DNA of 64,000 nt, taken from assembly GCA_964619265.1 (NCBI GenBank), contig CAZUCE010000017.1:1-64000 (forward strand). The letters run 5' to 3'. This document shows, in pieces, positions 9,024 to 19,213 of the stretch (positions within the stretch are counted from its first letter, which is position 1; the number at the start of each line of letters is the position of its first letter). A program made the translations under genes and the position numbers. The notes below the pieces were generated by a model that saw only the letters and a list, made by a program, of their open reading frames with translations, had not been told where the DNA came from and ran no database searches. Origin of the DNA: an uncultured Planctomycetaceae bacterium (GTDB lineage: Bacteria > Planctomycetota > UBA1135 > GCA-002686595).

Positions 9024-9941
9024 CTAAGTCGCTCGCCTGGCAAACAGGCTGTTCCAGCGCCCGGTTGTTCGGTGGGCGCAGAGCGAGAATCCGCCGGTGT
9101 TCAGGGTTTCGACCACGCCGTCCAGATGCCTCTCGTGAATGCCTGAGAAGGCGGCTACCCCATCGGGTTTCAGCGCGGTGCGCAGTTGCCCTGCGTGCTC
9201 AGTCAAGACGTCGGCGTAGATGTTCGCAAGGACGATGTCGTAGGCGCAGTCGACGCCGAGCAGGCACTCGAACCCGCCATGCAGGAAGCGGGTGCCCTGT
9301 TCGACTCCGTTGCGACGTGCCAGGGAAGTGCCTTCCGGCACGCTCCGCTCGTCGATGTCGAACCCGAAGGCTGATTCGGCGCCCAGCTTGCAGGCCGCCA
9401 CGGAGAGAATCCCGGAACCACAGCCCGCATCCAGCACGCGCTTGCCGACGAGGTCCTGGTGACTGAGCCACGCAAGCAGGTGCCTCGTTGTTGGATGACG
9501 CCCCGTGCCGAAGGCGCCGGCTGGCTCAAGGCGCAAGGGGACGTCGCGGTCGCGCAGTTCGCCCTTCCAGTCGTAGGTCACGACCGCCAGCCGTCCGGCG
9601 CGAAAGGGCTTCCAGCTCTTGCGCCAGGAGTTGGCCCAATCCTCAGGGGGCAGCGGTTTGAACAGCAGCTCGAGTCCGGACAAGCGCTCGTCCTCGGTGG
9701 ACTCGGCCAGGCAACCCAGCTGCTTGTCTAGACGCTCGCGAAGTTCGCTGGAGTCGCGTCCGGCGGGGTAGAAGCCGCGGACCAGCTCGGCGCCTTCGGG
9801 CACCGGATCGGCAGCGCGGGAAGAGCGCCCGAAGGCCACCGAGCCCTCGGTGACATCGGCCACGTGTTCGGCGACCAGCTCGCTCCACTCGGCCGGGCAA
9901 AGCACGCGCACTTCGATCCACTGGGGCTCGGCTTCTGTCAT
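9024..9941 (-). CDS. prmA: ribosomal protein L11 methyltransferase
   Basis: FGTGRHPTTRHLLAWL ... VLDAGCGSGILSVAACKLGA ... FDIDERSV motifs. The ATG (revcomp of 9939-9941) overlaps the helicase stop as ATGA. The ORF-track upstream extension is an artefact. Confidence 0.8.
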   Translation of the reverse strand: MTEAEPQWIEVRVLCPAEWSELVAEHVADVTEGSVAFGRSSRAADPVPEGAELVRGFYPAGRDSSELRERLDKQLGCLAESTEDERLSGLELLFKPLPPEDWANSWRKSWKPFRAGRLAVVTYDWKGELRDRDVPLRLEPAGAFGTGRHPTTRHLLAWLSHQDLVGKRVLDAGCGSGILSVAACKLGAESAFGFDIDERSVPEGTSLARRNGVEQGTRFLHGGFECLLGVDCAYDIVLANIYADVLTEHAGQLRTALKPDGVAAFSGIHERHLDGVVETLNTGGFSLCAHRTTGRWNSLFARRAT

Positions 9942-12814
9942 GAGGATTCGTCCGGTCGGGGCGCCGTGGACCGCAGGTGCCCAAAGGCCTCGCCGAGCAC
10001 GTGCTCGACGTCGCCGCGGACCAGCCTCGCGCCAGGGCGATCGGGAGTATCGAGCGGGAGCTCGCCTAGGAAAATGCGGTGCCGCGGATCGAGCACGCGA
10101 GCGTCGAGCACGAGCACGATGCCGCGGTCTTCGGTTCGGCGCATGAGTCGCCCAAAGCCTTGACGGAAGCGCGCGAGCGCGCGTGGCAGGTAGATGCGCT
10201 TGCGCTGGGCTCCATCGCCGATCGACGCGCACTGGGCGTGGTGATAACGATCGGGAACGCCGTAGGGCAGCTTCGCGATCACGACCGCGAGCAGGTCATC
10301 GCCGGGGAAGTCAGCGCCAAACCAGAAGGTGTCGAGCCCACACAGAACAGCTCGCCGGCTGGCGCGAAAGTGGTCGGCGAGCTGCTCGCTGGAAGTGCCG
10401 GGTTGGCCCTGCCAGAGGCTTTCGATGCCGTGGGGGGCGAGTCTGGCGGCGAGCTCACGCCCGACTTGGGCGCCGTCGTCCGCGTTGGTGAACAGGCACA
10501 GGATGCGTCCACCGAGTTCGAGTGCACAGCGTTCGACCAGGTCGGTCACCGCGCCCAGCCAGCGCGTTTTGTCGGTCGCGATGGCCGGCAGCCCGCGGGG
10601 AACCGCCACGAGCACCCGCCTGTAGTCGAAGGACTCGTCGACCTTGAGGGTGCGCAGGACGCGCGGCGCGAAGTCCGGGTCGTGTTCACGCGGGTTGCAG
10701 GCGCGGTCGAGCCCGAGGTAGGCGCTTGAGGTATCGAATCCGCCGCGCAGGTGTGTGGTGGCCGACAGGAATACCGCGTCTCCGAGGTCTGGGTGATAGA
10801 ACCGTCCCAGGTACTCGTTCGGCAGTAGGACGCGCGCCGCGAGAATCAACCCGCGCCGGGGATGGCGTTCGACGTCGTAGAAGGTCTCCGGCGCGAAGTG
10901 CACTTCTCCGTCCACGCGCGGAAGAAACGCTCCCAGTCCGGAGATCCGGTCTTCGAGCGACGTTCGCGTTCGGTCGAGCCGGAAGCGGAGCCGGCCGCGG
11001 CCGGTCAGCGGAAGATCGTCGAGCAATTCGGCCAGACCGGCCAGCGCCACCGCGATGCCGGTGAGCGCGGCTCCGAGCTCGAGGTGGGCGCTTTCCAAAA
11101 CGGGCGCGCCGGCGTTCTCGACGTACTCGCGCAGCAGGGAATGCGCTTCGCGGGCCTTGCGTTCGGCGAGTTTCTCCTCGCGCCACAGCAGGAAGCGTTC
11201 GCATTCGTCGGTGAGCCGGCGCAATTGGGCCAAAGCCCGGTCCCGGGCTTCCAGCGCGCGTCCGACCAGGCGTTCGGCTTCCGAGTCCGGGCCCGCGGCG
11301 CGGGCCAGGCGTTCGAGCAGCGCCGAGCCCCGGCGTTTGCGTCCTGCGCCGGTGCCGAGACCGTCGAGTTCCGTCGCGAGGCGAGCGAGAGGCAGGGTGT
11401 GACTGAACGCGTTGTGCGCCTGATCGTGAAGGTGCTCGCATTCGTCGAACACCACGTGGCGAACAAACTCGCGCCGCGCGAGGGCGAATGCGTGATTGGT
11501 GAGCACCACGTGGCTGCGCTCTGCACGACGTCGCGCGGATTCGGCCCCGCAAGTTCGGCGGTCTTCGGTGCGTGTGCAGCAGGCGGTCTCTGCGGAGACC
11601 AATCGCAGCAGGCTCTCGAGCTCTTCCTCGACTCCCGAAGCCAAGAGGAATTGTCCGACGTCGCGGCGGGGGAGCTGTTCCAGATCGCCGTCGCTTGAGA
11701 GCAACGCGAAGGTCAGCAGGTGGGAGTAGGCGAGCCAGCGAACTCCCGGATCCGACGGGGTCGGGCTGGCCGCCAGCAGGGCACGCCAACACAGGTAATT
11801 CGGGCGACCCTTGAGCAGCGCGACACGCGGCATCGGACGCCAGCCGGAGCGCTCCAGCATGGACATCGCGATCGGCACATCGCGTTCAAAAGCCTGGCGC
11901 TGCAGGGCGCGCGTGTAGGTGGCGACCCCGGCGCGTACATCGTTCTTCGAAGCGAATGCGAGCAGTGGCAGCAGGTACCCGAGTGTCTTGCCGGTTCCCG
12001 TGGGCGCGTGCACCAAGGAGAGTTCACCGCTGCCGAGCGTTGTGGCCACTTCCCGCGCCACCGCGATCTGCGCGGGGCGCTCGCGCAGGGCCGCGCCCGG
12101 ATGACTCGACGCGTTGACGAGCAGCTGCATCAACTTCTCCTGCTCGAGGTCGGTCAGCGGCACCGTCCCGTCGCGCTGGGGCGGCAGGATCGGACAATCG
12201 GCAAGCGACTGTTCGTCGAGCTCGGCCCAGGCCGGTTCGCAAAGCGCTGCCAAGAACTCGGTGTCCCCGGCGGGTTCGGTGGCGTCGGCTAACCCGTGCG
12301 CGAGGCGATCGGTCGCTTGGGTTCGCCAATCTTCGGGCCAGACATCGGGGCGATCCAGCACGCGCAGGGCCAAGGTCAAGCGACGGGCGCTGCGCGGGGA
12401 TTCGGAAAGCAGGGCTGCTTGCGCGCCCGACCAGGCGGCGAGGAGAGCCGAACGCCCGGCTTGGGGGAGTTCGGAGAAGCGCAGCAAGCACTCGCCCAGT
12501 CGCTCCCGGGGACTGGGTTTGCTGGAGCGCCATCCGGGCAGCAACCAGGCTCCGAATTCGAGGGGATCCAAGCGCTCGGCGGTGCCGCAAGCCGCGGCCA
12601 CAGGCAGCAGGGCGCGGTCGGGGACCAAAACGGCTTCGGCGGTGGCTTCGGATTCGCCGGGTCGACCCGCGACAGCGATCTTGGGAGCCGGTACCCGGCG
12701 CCCCCAGGGGGTGCCCGCCCAGTCTTCGGCCGGGGGGATCGATTCGGTCCCGTGCCGCGGCTGCCCAGAAGGGGCCTGGCCCGAAGGCGGGTCGAGGTCG
12801 AGGCGGTCGATCAT
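9938..12814 (-). CDS. ATP-dependent helicase, DinG/Rad3 family, with about 230-aa N-terminal extension
   Basis: Walker A VHAPTGTGKTLGYLLP, DECEH box (VVFDECEHLHD), and a C-terminal helicase motif (GIVLVLDARVLD). 958 aa versus about 716 aa for E. coli DinG. Confidence 0.75.
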   Translation of the reverse strand: MIDRLDLDPPSGQAPSGQPRHGTESIPPAEDWAGTPWGRRVPAPKIAVAGRPGESEATAEAVLVPDRALLPVAAACGTAERLDPLEFGAWLLPGWRSSKPSPRERLGECLLRFSELPQAGRSALLAAWSGAQAALLSESPRSARRLTLALRVLDRPDVWPEDWRTQATDRLAHGLADATEPAGDTEFLAALCEPAWAELDEQSLADCPILPPQRDGTVPLTDLEQEKLMQLLVNASSHPGAALRERPAQIAVAREVATTLGSGELSLVHAPTGTGKTLGYLLPLLAFASKNDVRAGVATYTRALQRQAFERDVPIAMSMLERSGWRPMPRVALLKGRPNYLCWRALLAASPTPSDPGVRWLAYSHLLTFALLSSDGDLEQLPRRDVGQFLLASGVEEELESLLRLVSAETACCTRTEDRRTCGAESARRRAERSHVVLTNHAFALARREFVRHVVFDECEHLHDQAHNAFSHTLPLARLATELDGLGTGAGRKRRGSALLERLARAAGPDSEAERLVGRALEARDRALAQLRRLTDECERFLLWREEKLAERKAREAHSLLREYVENAGAPVLESAHLELGAALTGIAVALAGLAELLDDLPLTGRGRLRFRLDRTRTSLEDRISGLGAFLPRVDGEVHFAPETFYDVERHPRRGLILAARVLLPNEYLGRFYHPDLGDAVFLSATTHLRGGFDTSSAYLGLDRACNPREHDPDFAPRVLRTLKVDESFDYRRVLVAVPRGLPAIATDKTRWLGAVTDLVERCALELGGRILCLFTNADDGAQVGRELAARLAPHGIESLWQGQPGTSSEQLADHFRASRRAVLCGLDTFWFGADFPGDDLLAVVIAKLPYGVPDRYHHAQCASIGDGAQRKRIYLPRALARFRQGFGRLMRRTEDRGIVLVLDARVLDPRHRIFLGELPLDTPDRPGARLVRGDVEHVLGEAFGHLRSTAPRPDESS

Positions 12815-13034
12815 CGCGGGGTGGCTCGGGGCTCACCCGGACAGGCCGGGCGGGCCGCTGGGCAGGTTAGGCCCGGTTTGGGTCCTTCACACGGGAGGCC
12901 TAGTCCGGATCCTCTGCAGTGGGTTTCCAAGTGGGTCCTGGGGAACGCCTAAGCCACTGGTGTCCAGTGGTTTGAGCCTAGCCCGCGGCTGCCCAAATCA
13001 GGGCCTGGAACGACCCGCTCCGGCCTGAGCTCCC

Positions 13035-13062
13035 TTGACTCTGATTCCTGCGCCTCTATTCC
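13035..13062 (+). promoter_or_regulatory. candidate sigma70-like promoter for topA (TTGACT-N16-TATTCC)
   Basis: Sequence match only. It lies 47 nt upstream of the topA GTG start. Confidence 0.2.
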
Positions 13063-13108
13063 TTGGGGGTCTTCGAGAGACCCTGCTCCGCCCCTCTACC
13101 CTTCATCC

Positions 13109-15847
13109 GTGGCCAAGAAATCCTCCTCCGGCACAACCCTCGTGATCGTCGAGTCGCCGACCAAGGCCAAGACGATCAAGAGCTTCCTGCCATCCGGCTT
13201 CGTCGTCGAGGCGAGCGTGGGGCACGTACGCGACCTACCGACCTCGGCCAAGGAGATCCCGGCCAAGGTCAAGGGTGAGAAATGGTCGCGCCTTGGGATC
13301 GACATCGAGAACGACTTCGCTCCGCTGTACGTGGTGCCCGAGGCGAAGAAGAAGCAAGTCAAGAAGCTGAAGGAACAGCTGGCCAAAGCCGACGTCGTCT
13401 ACCTCGCGACGGATGAAGACCGCGAAGGGGAGTCGATTTCGTGGCACTTGGTCGAGGTCCTGAAGCCCAAGGTTCCGATCAAGCGCCTGGTCTTTCACGA
13501 GATCACGAAAGCCGCGATTCACGAAGCGCTGGATAGTCCGCGCGACATGGATCAGGGCTTGATCCGCGCCCAGGAAACGCGCCGCATCCTGGATCGCCTC
13601 TACGGCTACGAGCTGTCGCCAATTCTGTGGCGCAAGATTGGCCCCGGGCTCTCCGCAGGGCGAGTCCAGTCGGTGTCCGTGAAGCTCATCGTGGAGCGTG
13701 AGCGCGAACGTCAGCGATTCGTTCGTTCGGTCTACTGGGACTTGGAAGGGTCGTTCTCGCCGGCCGCCAAGCCGGGGTCTCCGCGCGTCGACGCGAAGAT
13801 GATCGAGTTGGACGGCAAGCGGCTGGCCATCGGCAAGGACTTCGATTCAGCAACCGGCAAGCTGATCGGCGACAAGGTGTTGTTGCTCGGCGAAGAGCGC
13901 GCGAAGGAACTTGAAACCACCTTGCGCAAGGCCGACTTCAAGGTTCAGTCCGTCGAGCGCAAGCCCTATACGGACAAGCCCGCGCCGCCGTTCACGACCA
14001 GTACGCTTCAGCAGGAGGCCAACCGCAAGCTGCGCCTATCGGCGCGCGCCACGATGCAAGCGGCGCAGCGGCTGTACGAAAACGGTTTCATCACCTACAT
14101 GCGAACGGACTCGACCACGCTGTCGACCCAAGCTGTGGACAGTGCCCGGAAGATGATTGGCGAGCTGTACGGGAAGGAGTTCTTACCCGACGCGCCGCGA
14201 ACCTACCGCACCAAGGTCAAGAACGCTCAGGAAGCGCACGAAGCGATTCGCCCGTCCGGCGAGTTTGTTCAACCCGCCGATGTCAAGGCGCGCGTTGGCA
14301 TCGATGAAGCGCGCGTCTACGAGCTGATCTGGAAGCGAACGATGGCCTGTCAGATGGCTGATGCCCGCGGCTCGCGGGTCCAGCTTCGCGTCGAAGGCGA
14401 GGGCGCCGTGTTCCAAGCCTCGGGCAAGACGATCGAGTTCCCCGGCTACCTACGCGCCTATGTGGAAGGCGCTGATGACCCGGACGCCGAACTGGCCGAC
14501 AAGGAGACGATCCTCCCGGACGTAGCCGAGGGCGAGTCGATGAAGCTCGAGGACTTGGTCCCCAAAGAGCACGTAACCCAGCCGCCCGCGCGCTTCACCG
14601 AAGCCTCGCTGGTCAAGGAACTCGAGACCAACGGGGTGGGGCGTCCCAGCACCTACGCGATGATCATCGAGACGATTCTTCGTCGCGAGTACGTGACGAA
14701 GGAGCGCAATGCTCTGGTGCCGACGTTCATGGCCTTCGCCGTGGTGGGGCTGCTCGAACGATTCTTCGGGCACCTGATCGACGTGTCGTTTACGGCGCGA
14801 ATGGAGAACGATCTGGACCGCATCTCGCTCGGGCAGCTCGAATCGTTGCCCTATCTGAGGCATTTTTACTTCGGCGAAGGCGAAGACCTGGATGAGGACA
14901 GCAAGAAGGGCCTGAAAGACTTGCTCGGCGCCGAGATCGACCCGCGTGACGTCTGCACGCTCCCGCTCGGTCAAGACGAGGACGGCCAACAGATCAACAT
15001 CCGCATCGGTCGCTACGGCCCTTACCTCGAACGGGGGGAAGAGCGCGCGTCGATCCCTGATGGCACGGCGCCCGACGAGCTGGATCTAGCGAAGGGCATC
15101 GAGCTGTTAGCGCGCGGATCCGGGCCGACCGAACTCGGCGAAGATCCTGGCAGCGGCAAGCAGGTCTATCTGAAGTCAGGCCGCTTCGGTCCTTATGTGC
15201 AGCTCGGCGAGAACGGCGAAGAGCCGAAGATGAAGTCGTTGTTGCCCGGCATGTCCCCGGACGACGTGAAGCTCGAGGATGCGCTCAAGCTGCTGGCCTT
15301 GCCGCGCGAGGTGGGGATCGACCCGAAATCCGCCGACCCGGTGCTAGCCGACTTCGGTCGCTACGGGCCGTACCTCAAGTGTGGCGTGGAGACGCGTAGC
15401 CTCGAGTCGCCCGAGCAGGTCTTTGACGTCGATTTGGAAAAGGCGCTCGAGATCCTGGCTCAGCCCAAGAAAGGCGGGTTCCGGCGCGCGGCTCCCAAGA
15501 CCCTCAAGGAGCTGGGCAACAACCCCTCCGGCGAACCCGTGAAGTTGCTCGACGGTCGCTATGGGCCGTACGTGACCGACGGGACGACCAACGCTTCGCT
15601 GCCGAAGGGTTCGGATCCGGAGGACTTGACGCTGGAGGTCGCGCTCGGATTGCTCGAAGAGCGAGCCAAGCGGGGCCCGAAGAAGAAGAAAAAGAAGGCG
15701 GCCAAGAAGAAGGCAGCCAAGAAGGCAGCCAAAAAGGCCACCAAGAAAGCGACGAAGAAGACGGCCAAGAAGACCTCCAAGAAGGTCGCGAAGAAGGTCG
15801 CGAAGAAGACTGCCAAGGCCGAAGCCGACGAGTCCGAGGAGAGCTGA
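13109..15847 (+). CDS. topA: DNA topoisomerase I with lysine-rich C-terminal tail
   Basis: GTG start. TOPRIM/Toprim-topoIA motifs (VIVESPTKAKTI, LYELIWKR..). Repeated C-terminal domains and a terminal KKKKKKAAKKKAAKKAAKK tail with no zinc fingers. Confidence 0.95.
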   Translation: MAKKSSSGTTLVIVESPTKAKTIKSFLPSGFVVEASVGHVRDLPTSAKEIPAKVKGEKWSRLGIDIENDFAPLYVVPEAKKKQVKKLKEQLAKADVVYLATDEDREGESISWHLVEVLKPKVPIKRLVFHEITKAAIHEALDSPRDMDQGLIRAQETRRILDRLYGYELSPILWRKIGPGLSAGRVQSVSVKLIVERERERQRFVRSVYWDLEGSFSPAAKPGSPRVDAKMIELDGKRLAIGKDFDSATGKLIGDKVLLLGEERAKELETTLRKADFKVQSVERKPYTDKPAPPFTTSTLQQEANRKLRLSARATMQAAQRLYENGFITYMRTDSTTLSTQAVDSARKMIGELYGKEFLPDAPRTYRTKVKNAQEAHEAIRPSGEFVQPADVKARVGIDEARVYELIWKRTMACQMADARGSRVQLRVEGEGAVFQASGKTIEFPGYLRAYVEGADDPDAELADKETILPDVAEGESMKLEDLVPKEHVTQPPARFTEASLVKELETNGVGRPSTYAMIIETILRREYVTKERNALVPTFMAFAVVGLLERFFGHLIDVSFTARMENDLDRISLGQLESLPYLRHFYFGEGEDLDEDSKKGLKDLLGAEIDPRDVCTLPLGQDEDGQQINIRIGRYGPYLERGEERASIPDGTAPDELDLAKGIELLARGSGPTELGEDPGSGKQVYLKSGRFGPYVQLGENGEEPKMKSLLPGMSPDDVKLEDALKLLALPREVGIDPKSADPVLADFGRYGPYLKCGVETRSLESPEQVFDVDLEKALEILAQPKKGGFRRAAPKTLKELGNNPSGEPVKLLDGRYGPYVTDGTTNASLPKGSDPEDLTLEVALGLLEERAKRGPKKKKKKAAKKKAAKKAAKKATKKATKKTAKKTSKKVAKKVAKKTAKAEADESEES

Positions 15848-15995
15848 CCCCCGGGGTGGCCAGGGGAGGCTCCGGCGGACGTCTAGGGACCGCTAGCCCC
15901 GGGCATCCGGGGGCCTTTCCGAGTAGACTGTTCGGCCCGCTGCTCGGAATCGTCCGGCTGCCTCCCCGTTTCTGTCGCTCCCGAACCGCCTCCCC

Positions 15996-17051
15996 ATGGA
16001 CATCTCGGACATCCCCGTCGAAGGCTATGAGAAAGTCGCGCGCTGCCGCGACGAAGCCTCCGGTCTGCACGCCCTGATCGCCGTCCACGATACGACGCTC
16101 GGACCGGCCCTGGGAGGGATGCGAATGCTGCCTTACGCCTCCGAGGATGAGGCGCTCTTCGACGTCAAGCGACTGTCCCGCGGCATGACTTACAAGTCGG
16201 CCGTGGCCCGCACGGGCTTGGGTGGTGGAAAGTCGGTCATCCTTGGCGATCCCAAGCAGCTCAAGTCGCCGACTCTGTTTCAGGCCATGGGCCGCTTCGT
16301 GGAGAGCCTGGGGGGCAAGTACATCACCGCCGAGGACATGAACATCGGCATCGCAGATCTCGAGGAGGTCGCGAAGGAAACCAAGCATGTCACCGGTCTC
16401 TCCCGCGAGTCCGGCTCTTCGGGGAATCCGAGCCCCTACACGGCCCGCGGTGTGGTCGAGGGAATTCGCGCCACGCTGGAAGAGGCCTTCGGGACCGACA
16501 CTTTCCAGGACCGCTCGATCCTGATCCAGGGCGTCGGCGCCGTAGGCGGCGCGATGGCGGTCATGCTCAAGGAGCGCGGAGCCAAAATCCTGGTTTGTGA
16601 CATCAACGAAAAGCGCGCCCGCAGCTTGGCCGACGAGCACGGGTTCGAAGTCGTTCCCGACGCCGGACACCACAAGCTCGAAGTCGATGTCTACGCCCCC
16701 TGCGCCCGCGGGGCCGGCGTCAACGACGACACCGTCGGTGAACTTGGATGCCGCACCATTGCGGGCTGCGCCAACAACATCCTGCTCGAAGAACGCCACG
16801 GCTACGAGCTGAAGAAGCGCAACATTCTCTACGCCCCCGACTACGTCATCAACGCCGGCGGCATCATCAACGTCGGCGTCGAAGTTCGCCCGTCCGGCTA
16901 CGACGAGAAGATCGCCCTGGGCCTGGTCGACGGCATCTACGACAGCCTGAAAGAGGTCTTCCAGATCGCCCGCGAGCAAGATCTGCCGACCCACGAAGCC
17001 GCGGACCGTCTGGCCGAGAAGATCCTGGCCGACGCGCAGAGCAACGGCTGA
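15996..17051 (+). CDS. leucine/valine (Glu/Leu/Phe/Val family) dehydrogenase
   Basis: GGGKSVI active-site lysine motif, and a GVGAVGGAMA Rossmann motif. 351 aa. Confidence 0.85.
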   Translation: MDISDIPVEGYEKVARCRDEASGLHALIAVHDTTLGPALGGMRMLPYASEDEALFDVKRLSRGMTYKSAVARTGLGGGKSVILGDPKQLKSPTLFQAMGRFVESLGGKYITAEDMNIGIADLEEVAKETKHVTGLSRESGSSGNPSPYTARGVVEGIRATLEEAFGTDTFQDRSILIQGVGAVGGAMAVMLKERGAKILVCDINEKRARSLADEHGFEVVPDAGHHKLEVDVYAPCARGAGVNDDTVGELGCRTIAGCANNILLEERHGYELKKRNILYAPDYVINAGGIINVGVEVRPSGYDEKIALGLVDGIYDSLKEVFQIAREQDLPTHEAADRLAEKILADAQSNG

Positions 17052-17437
17052 CTCCCGAGAAAAAAATACAGGAGTCAGCGGCCGCGGAAGGCGAGCGTTC
17101 GCAGCGGACGAAACTTCTGTTCGTCTGCAGCCGCAATCTGTGGCGCAGCCCGGCCGCCGAGCAGCTGTTCCGAAATCGCTCCGGGTTCGAAGCGCGCTCG
17201 GCCGGAACCAGCGCGAGCGCCAAGCGCCGCGTTTCCCACCGCGACGTGGCCTGGGCGGACTGGATCTTGGTCATGGAGCCCAAACATCGGCGGCAGCTCG
17301 AACAGAGATTCGGCCGGGAAAATCTGCCGGGAATTCGGGTGCTCGATGTGCCCGACGACTACGTCGCGATGGATCCCGAACTGATCGAGCTCCTAGAAGG
17401 CCGGATGGAGGCTCTGCTAGAGGATCTGAGCGACTAA
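17048..17437 (+). CDS. low-molecular-weight protein tyrosine phosphatase (CX5R P-loop: LLFVCSRNLWRSP) lacking a canonical start codon
   Basis: Clear LMW-PTP/ArsC-like fold motifs in frame 2. No ATG/GTG/TTG is in frame between the LeuDH stop and the P-loop. Candidate initiators are CTG 17048 (CTGA overlap with the LeuDH stop) or AUA 17066. The 5-prime boundary is unresolved. Confidence 0.55.
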   Translation: MTPEKKIQESAAAEGERSQRTKLLFVCSRNLWRSPAAEQLFRNRSGFEARSAGTSASAKRRVSHRDVAWADWILVMEPKHRRQLEQRFGRENLPGIRVLDVPDDYVAMDPELIELLEGRMEALLEDLSD

Positions 17438-17692
17438 TTCCCCGGCAGACCAACCCCATCGGCACCGATTCGAAGACCAGAATTCGCTGGCTGCCGAGGG
17501 TGGAGGCTCGTTTGTGCCCTTGGGTTTGGCCTTGCTAGGAACCCAGATCGATCGGGTTTCTCCGTGGAGTACGCGACCGACGCGGTCGAGATTCGGCTTG
17601 CGCGCTGACGTCTCGGCCCCTGCTCCGGGTGCGGTGGTTGGCAGCCGGGCACCGCGCTCGGGGAGTCTTCGGGCTGTAGGGCGCTTGAGGAT

Positions 17693-18658
17693 CTAGAGGG
17701 CGGCCTCGAATTGGTCGACGACCTCGCGCACGGACAGAACCTTGTGGATGCCCGCGACGCTCTTGCCCGCTTGCCAGACGTCCTTGTTGCCAAGGCCCTT
17801 TTGGGAGGAGCGCTTGAGGGAGCGTAGGGCTTTGACGGTGTAAAAGGTGCGCATCCAGTGCTTCGTCTTTGAGTTGCGCAGGAGCCAGGCTCCGAGGCCG
17901 CTGGCGTTCGGGCCGAGGCGGTCGATCTCGGGCGTGCGGATGACGGCGCAGGGAACGCCAGAGAGCTTGTTGGTGAGGACGATGTCCTGTTCGTCCGCTT
18001 CGACGATGGCCTTGCGGTACTCGGGGTGGACTTGGCATTCCTCGGTGGCGATGAACCGCGTGCCGGCCTGGACTCCGTCGTAGCCGAGGGCGAGGCGCCC
18101 GGCGAAGGTCTCGGGGTCACCGACGCCGCCGGCGCTGACCAGGGGAACGCCGAGGGGCTGTAGTTCTTCGAACAGGTCGCGGGGGGACTTGGCTCCGGCG
18201 TGTCCGCCGGCGTGGGAGTTGACGCAGATCAGGCCGTCGACGCCCTCGGCCAGGGCCTTTTCAGCCCACTTTCGCTCGGTGACGTCGTGGTAGACGATGC
18301 CGCCTTGATCGTGAACCGCATCGACGACCCAACGCGGATTTCCGAGCGCGGTGACAAAGAAGCGAACGCCTTCTTCGAGGGCGATAGCGACCCACTCCCG
18401 CATGCGGCGCTCGTAGCTCTTGGCGCTTTTTTCGACGATCGCATTGAACCCAATGGGAGCCCCGGCCGACTCGAGGATCGAGCGCAGCGCCTCGCGCAGG
18501 TCGTTTCCGTGCACGTAGATCAGCGACAGAGGCTGGACGATGCCGAGGGCTCCGGCTGCGCTGGCGGCGGCGACCAGTTCGGCGTTGCTGCACGGGTACA
18601 TGGCGCCGCAGATCAGGGGCACCCGGCAGCCGGCGTGTTCGGTGAAGCGCGTCTTCAA
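17693..18658 (-). CDS. nitronate monooxygenase / 2-nitropropane dioxygenase family (FabK-like FMN enzyme)
   Basis: KTRFTEHAGCRVPLICGAM..ELVAAASAAGALG N-terminus, and a GGHAGAKSPRDL FMN motif. Proposed TTG start (revcomp 18656-18658) overlapping the upstream stop as TTGA. The ORF-track N-terminus is an artefact. Confidence 0.75.
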   Translation of the reverse strand: MKTRFTEHAGCRVPLICGAMYPCSNAELVAAASAAGALGIVQPLSLIYVHGNDLREALRSILESAGAPIGFNAIVEKSAKSYERRMREWVAIALEEGVRFFVTALGNPRWVVDAVHDQGGIVYHDVTERKWAEKALAEGVDGLICVNSHAGGHAGAKSPRDLFEELQPLGVPLVSAGGVGDPETFAGRLALGYDGVQAGTRFIATEECQVHPEYRKAIVEADEQDIVLTNKLSGVPCAVIRTPEIDRLGPNASGLGAWLLRNSKTKHWMRTFYTVKALRSLKRSSQKGLGNKDVWQAGKSVAGIHKVLSVREVVDQFEAAL

Positions 18659-19155
18659 GGCTTGGCGGGGGCGATGGGGCCGATGCGCCAGTCGACCGTT
18701 ACGCGACAGACGAGGGTTCCGGAGGCGTCGGTGATGTTGGAGAGGACTTGGACGTCTCGCTCGTTCGAGTCTTGGGGCGGTTCGCAGCTGCATTCCGCGA
18801 GCAGGGTTCCGCGCGCCTTGGCGAGGTACTCGGCCGAAAGCGAGACGACGATTCCACGCGCGTCCGCGGGGAGCCCGGAGAGCATGGCGAGGCCGGAGCT
18901 CAACTCGCCCACGTTGACGAGGGCGACCGCGTGGATCGAGCGCAGGTGGTTGCGCACGCGCTTGCGATCTTCGAGGCGAATGCGCGCGTAGCCGGGTCGC
19001 AGCTCTTCGATGCGGGGCGAGACGCTGCCCGAATAGGGCACGAACTTGCCGATCAGCTTCGAGAACAGGAACTTGCCGCCGGGCTTGGCCGACAGCTGAT
19101 TCCACTTGGCGATCAGCTGCGCCGGACCGTTTGGTGTGGTTTGGGAAGCACTCAT
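18655..19155 (-). CDS. DUF4442 hotdog-fold (thioesterase-like) protein
   Basis: AKPGGKFLFSKLIGKFVPYSGSV ... NHLRSIHAVAL signature. ATG (revcomp 19153-19155) preceded by GAGGGGAG. Confidence 0.8.
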   Translation of the reverse strand: MSASQTTPNGPAQLIAKWNQLSAKPGGKFLFSKLIGKFVPYSGSVSPRIEELRPGYARIRLEDRKRVRNHLRSIHAVALVNVGELSSGLAMLSGLPADARGIVVSLSAEYLAKARGTLLAECSCEPPQDSNERDVQVLSNITDASGTLVCRVTVDWRIGPIAPAKP

Positions 19156-19213
19156 GACTCCCCTCAGCATGCCAGGCTGGAGGCCTGGCTCTCCGCTGGT
19201 TGTTCCTCGATCG

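Noticed and set aside
16748-17437. ORF-track 229-aa protein beginning MPHHCGL
   Set aside because: The first 100 codons are an alternate frame of the LeuDH gene (RRR/HH-rich). Only the C-terminal LMW-PTP part is real.
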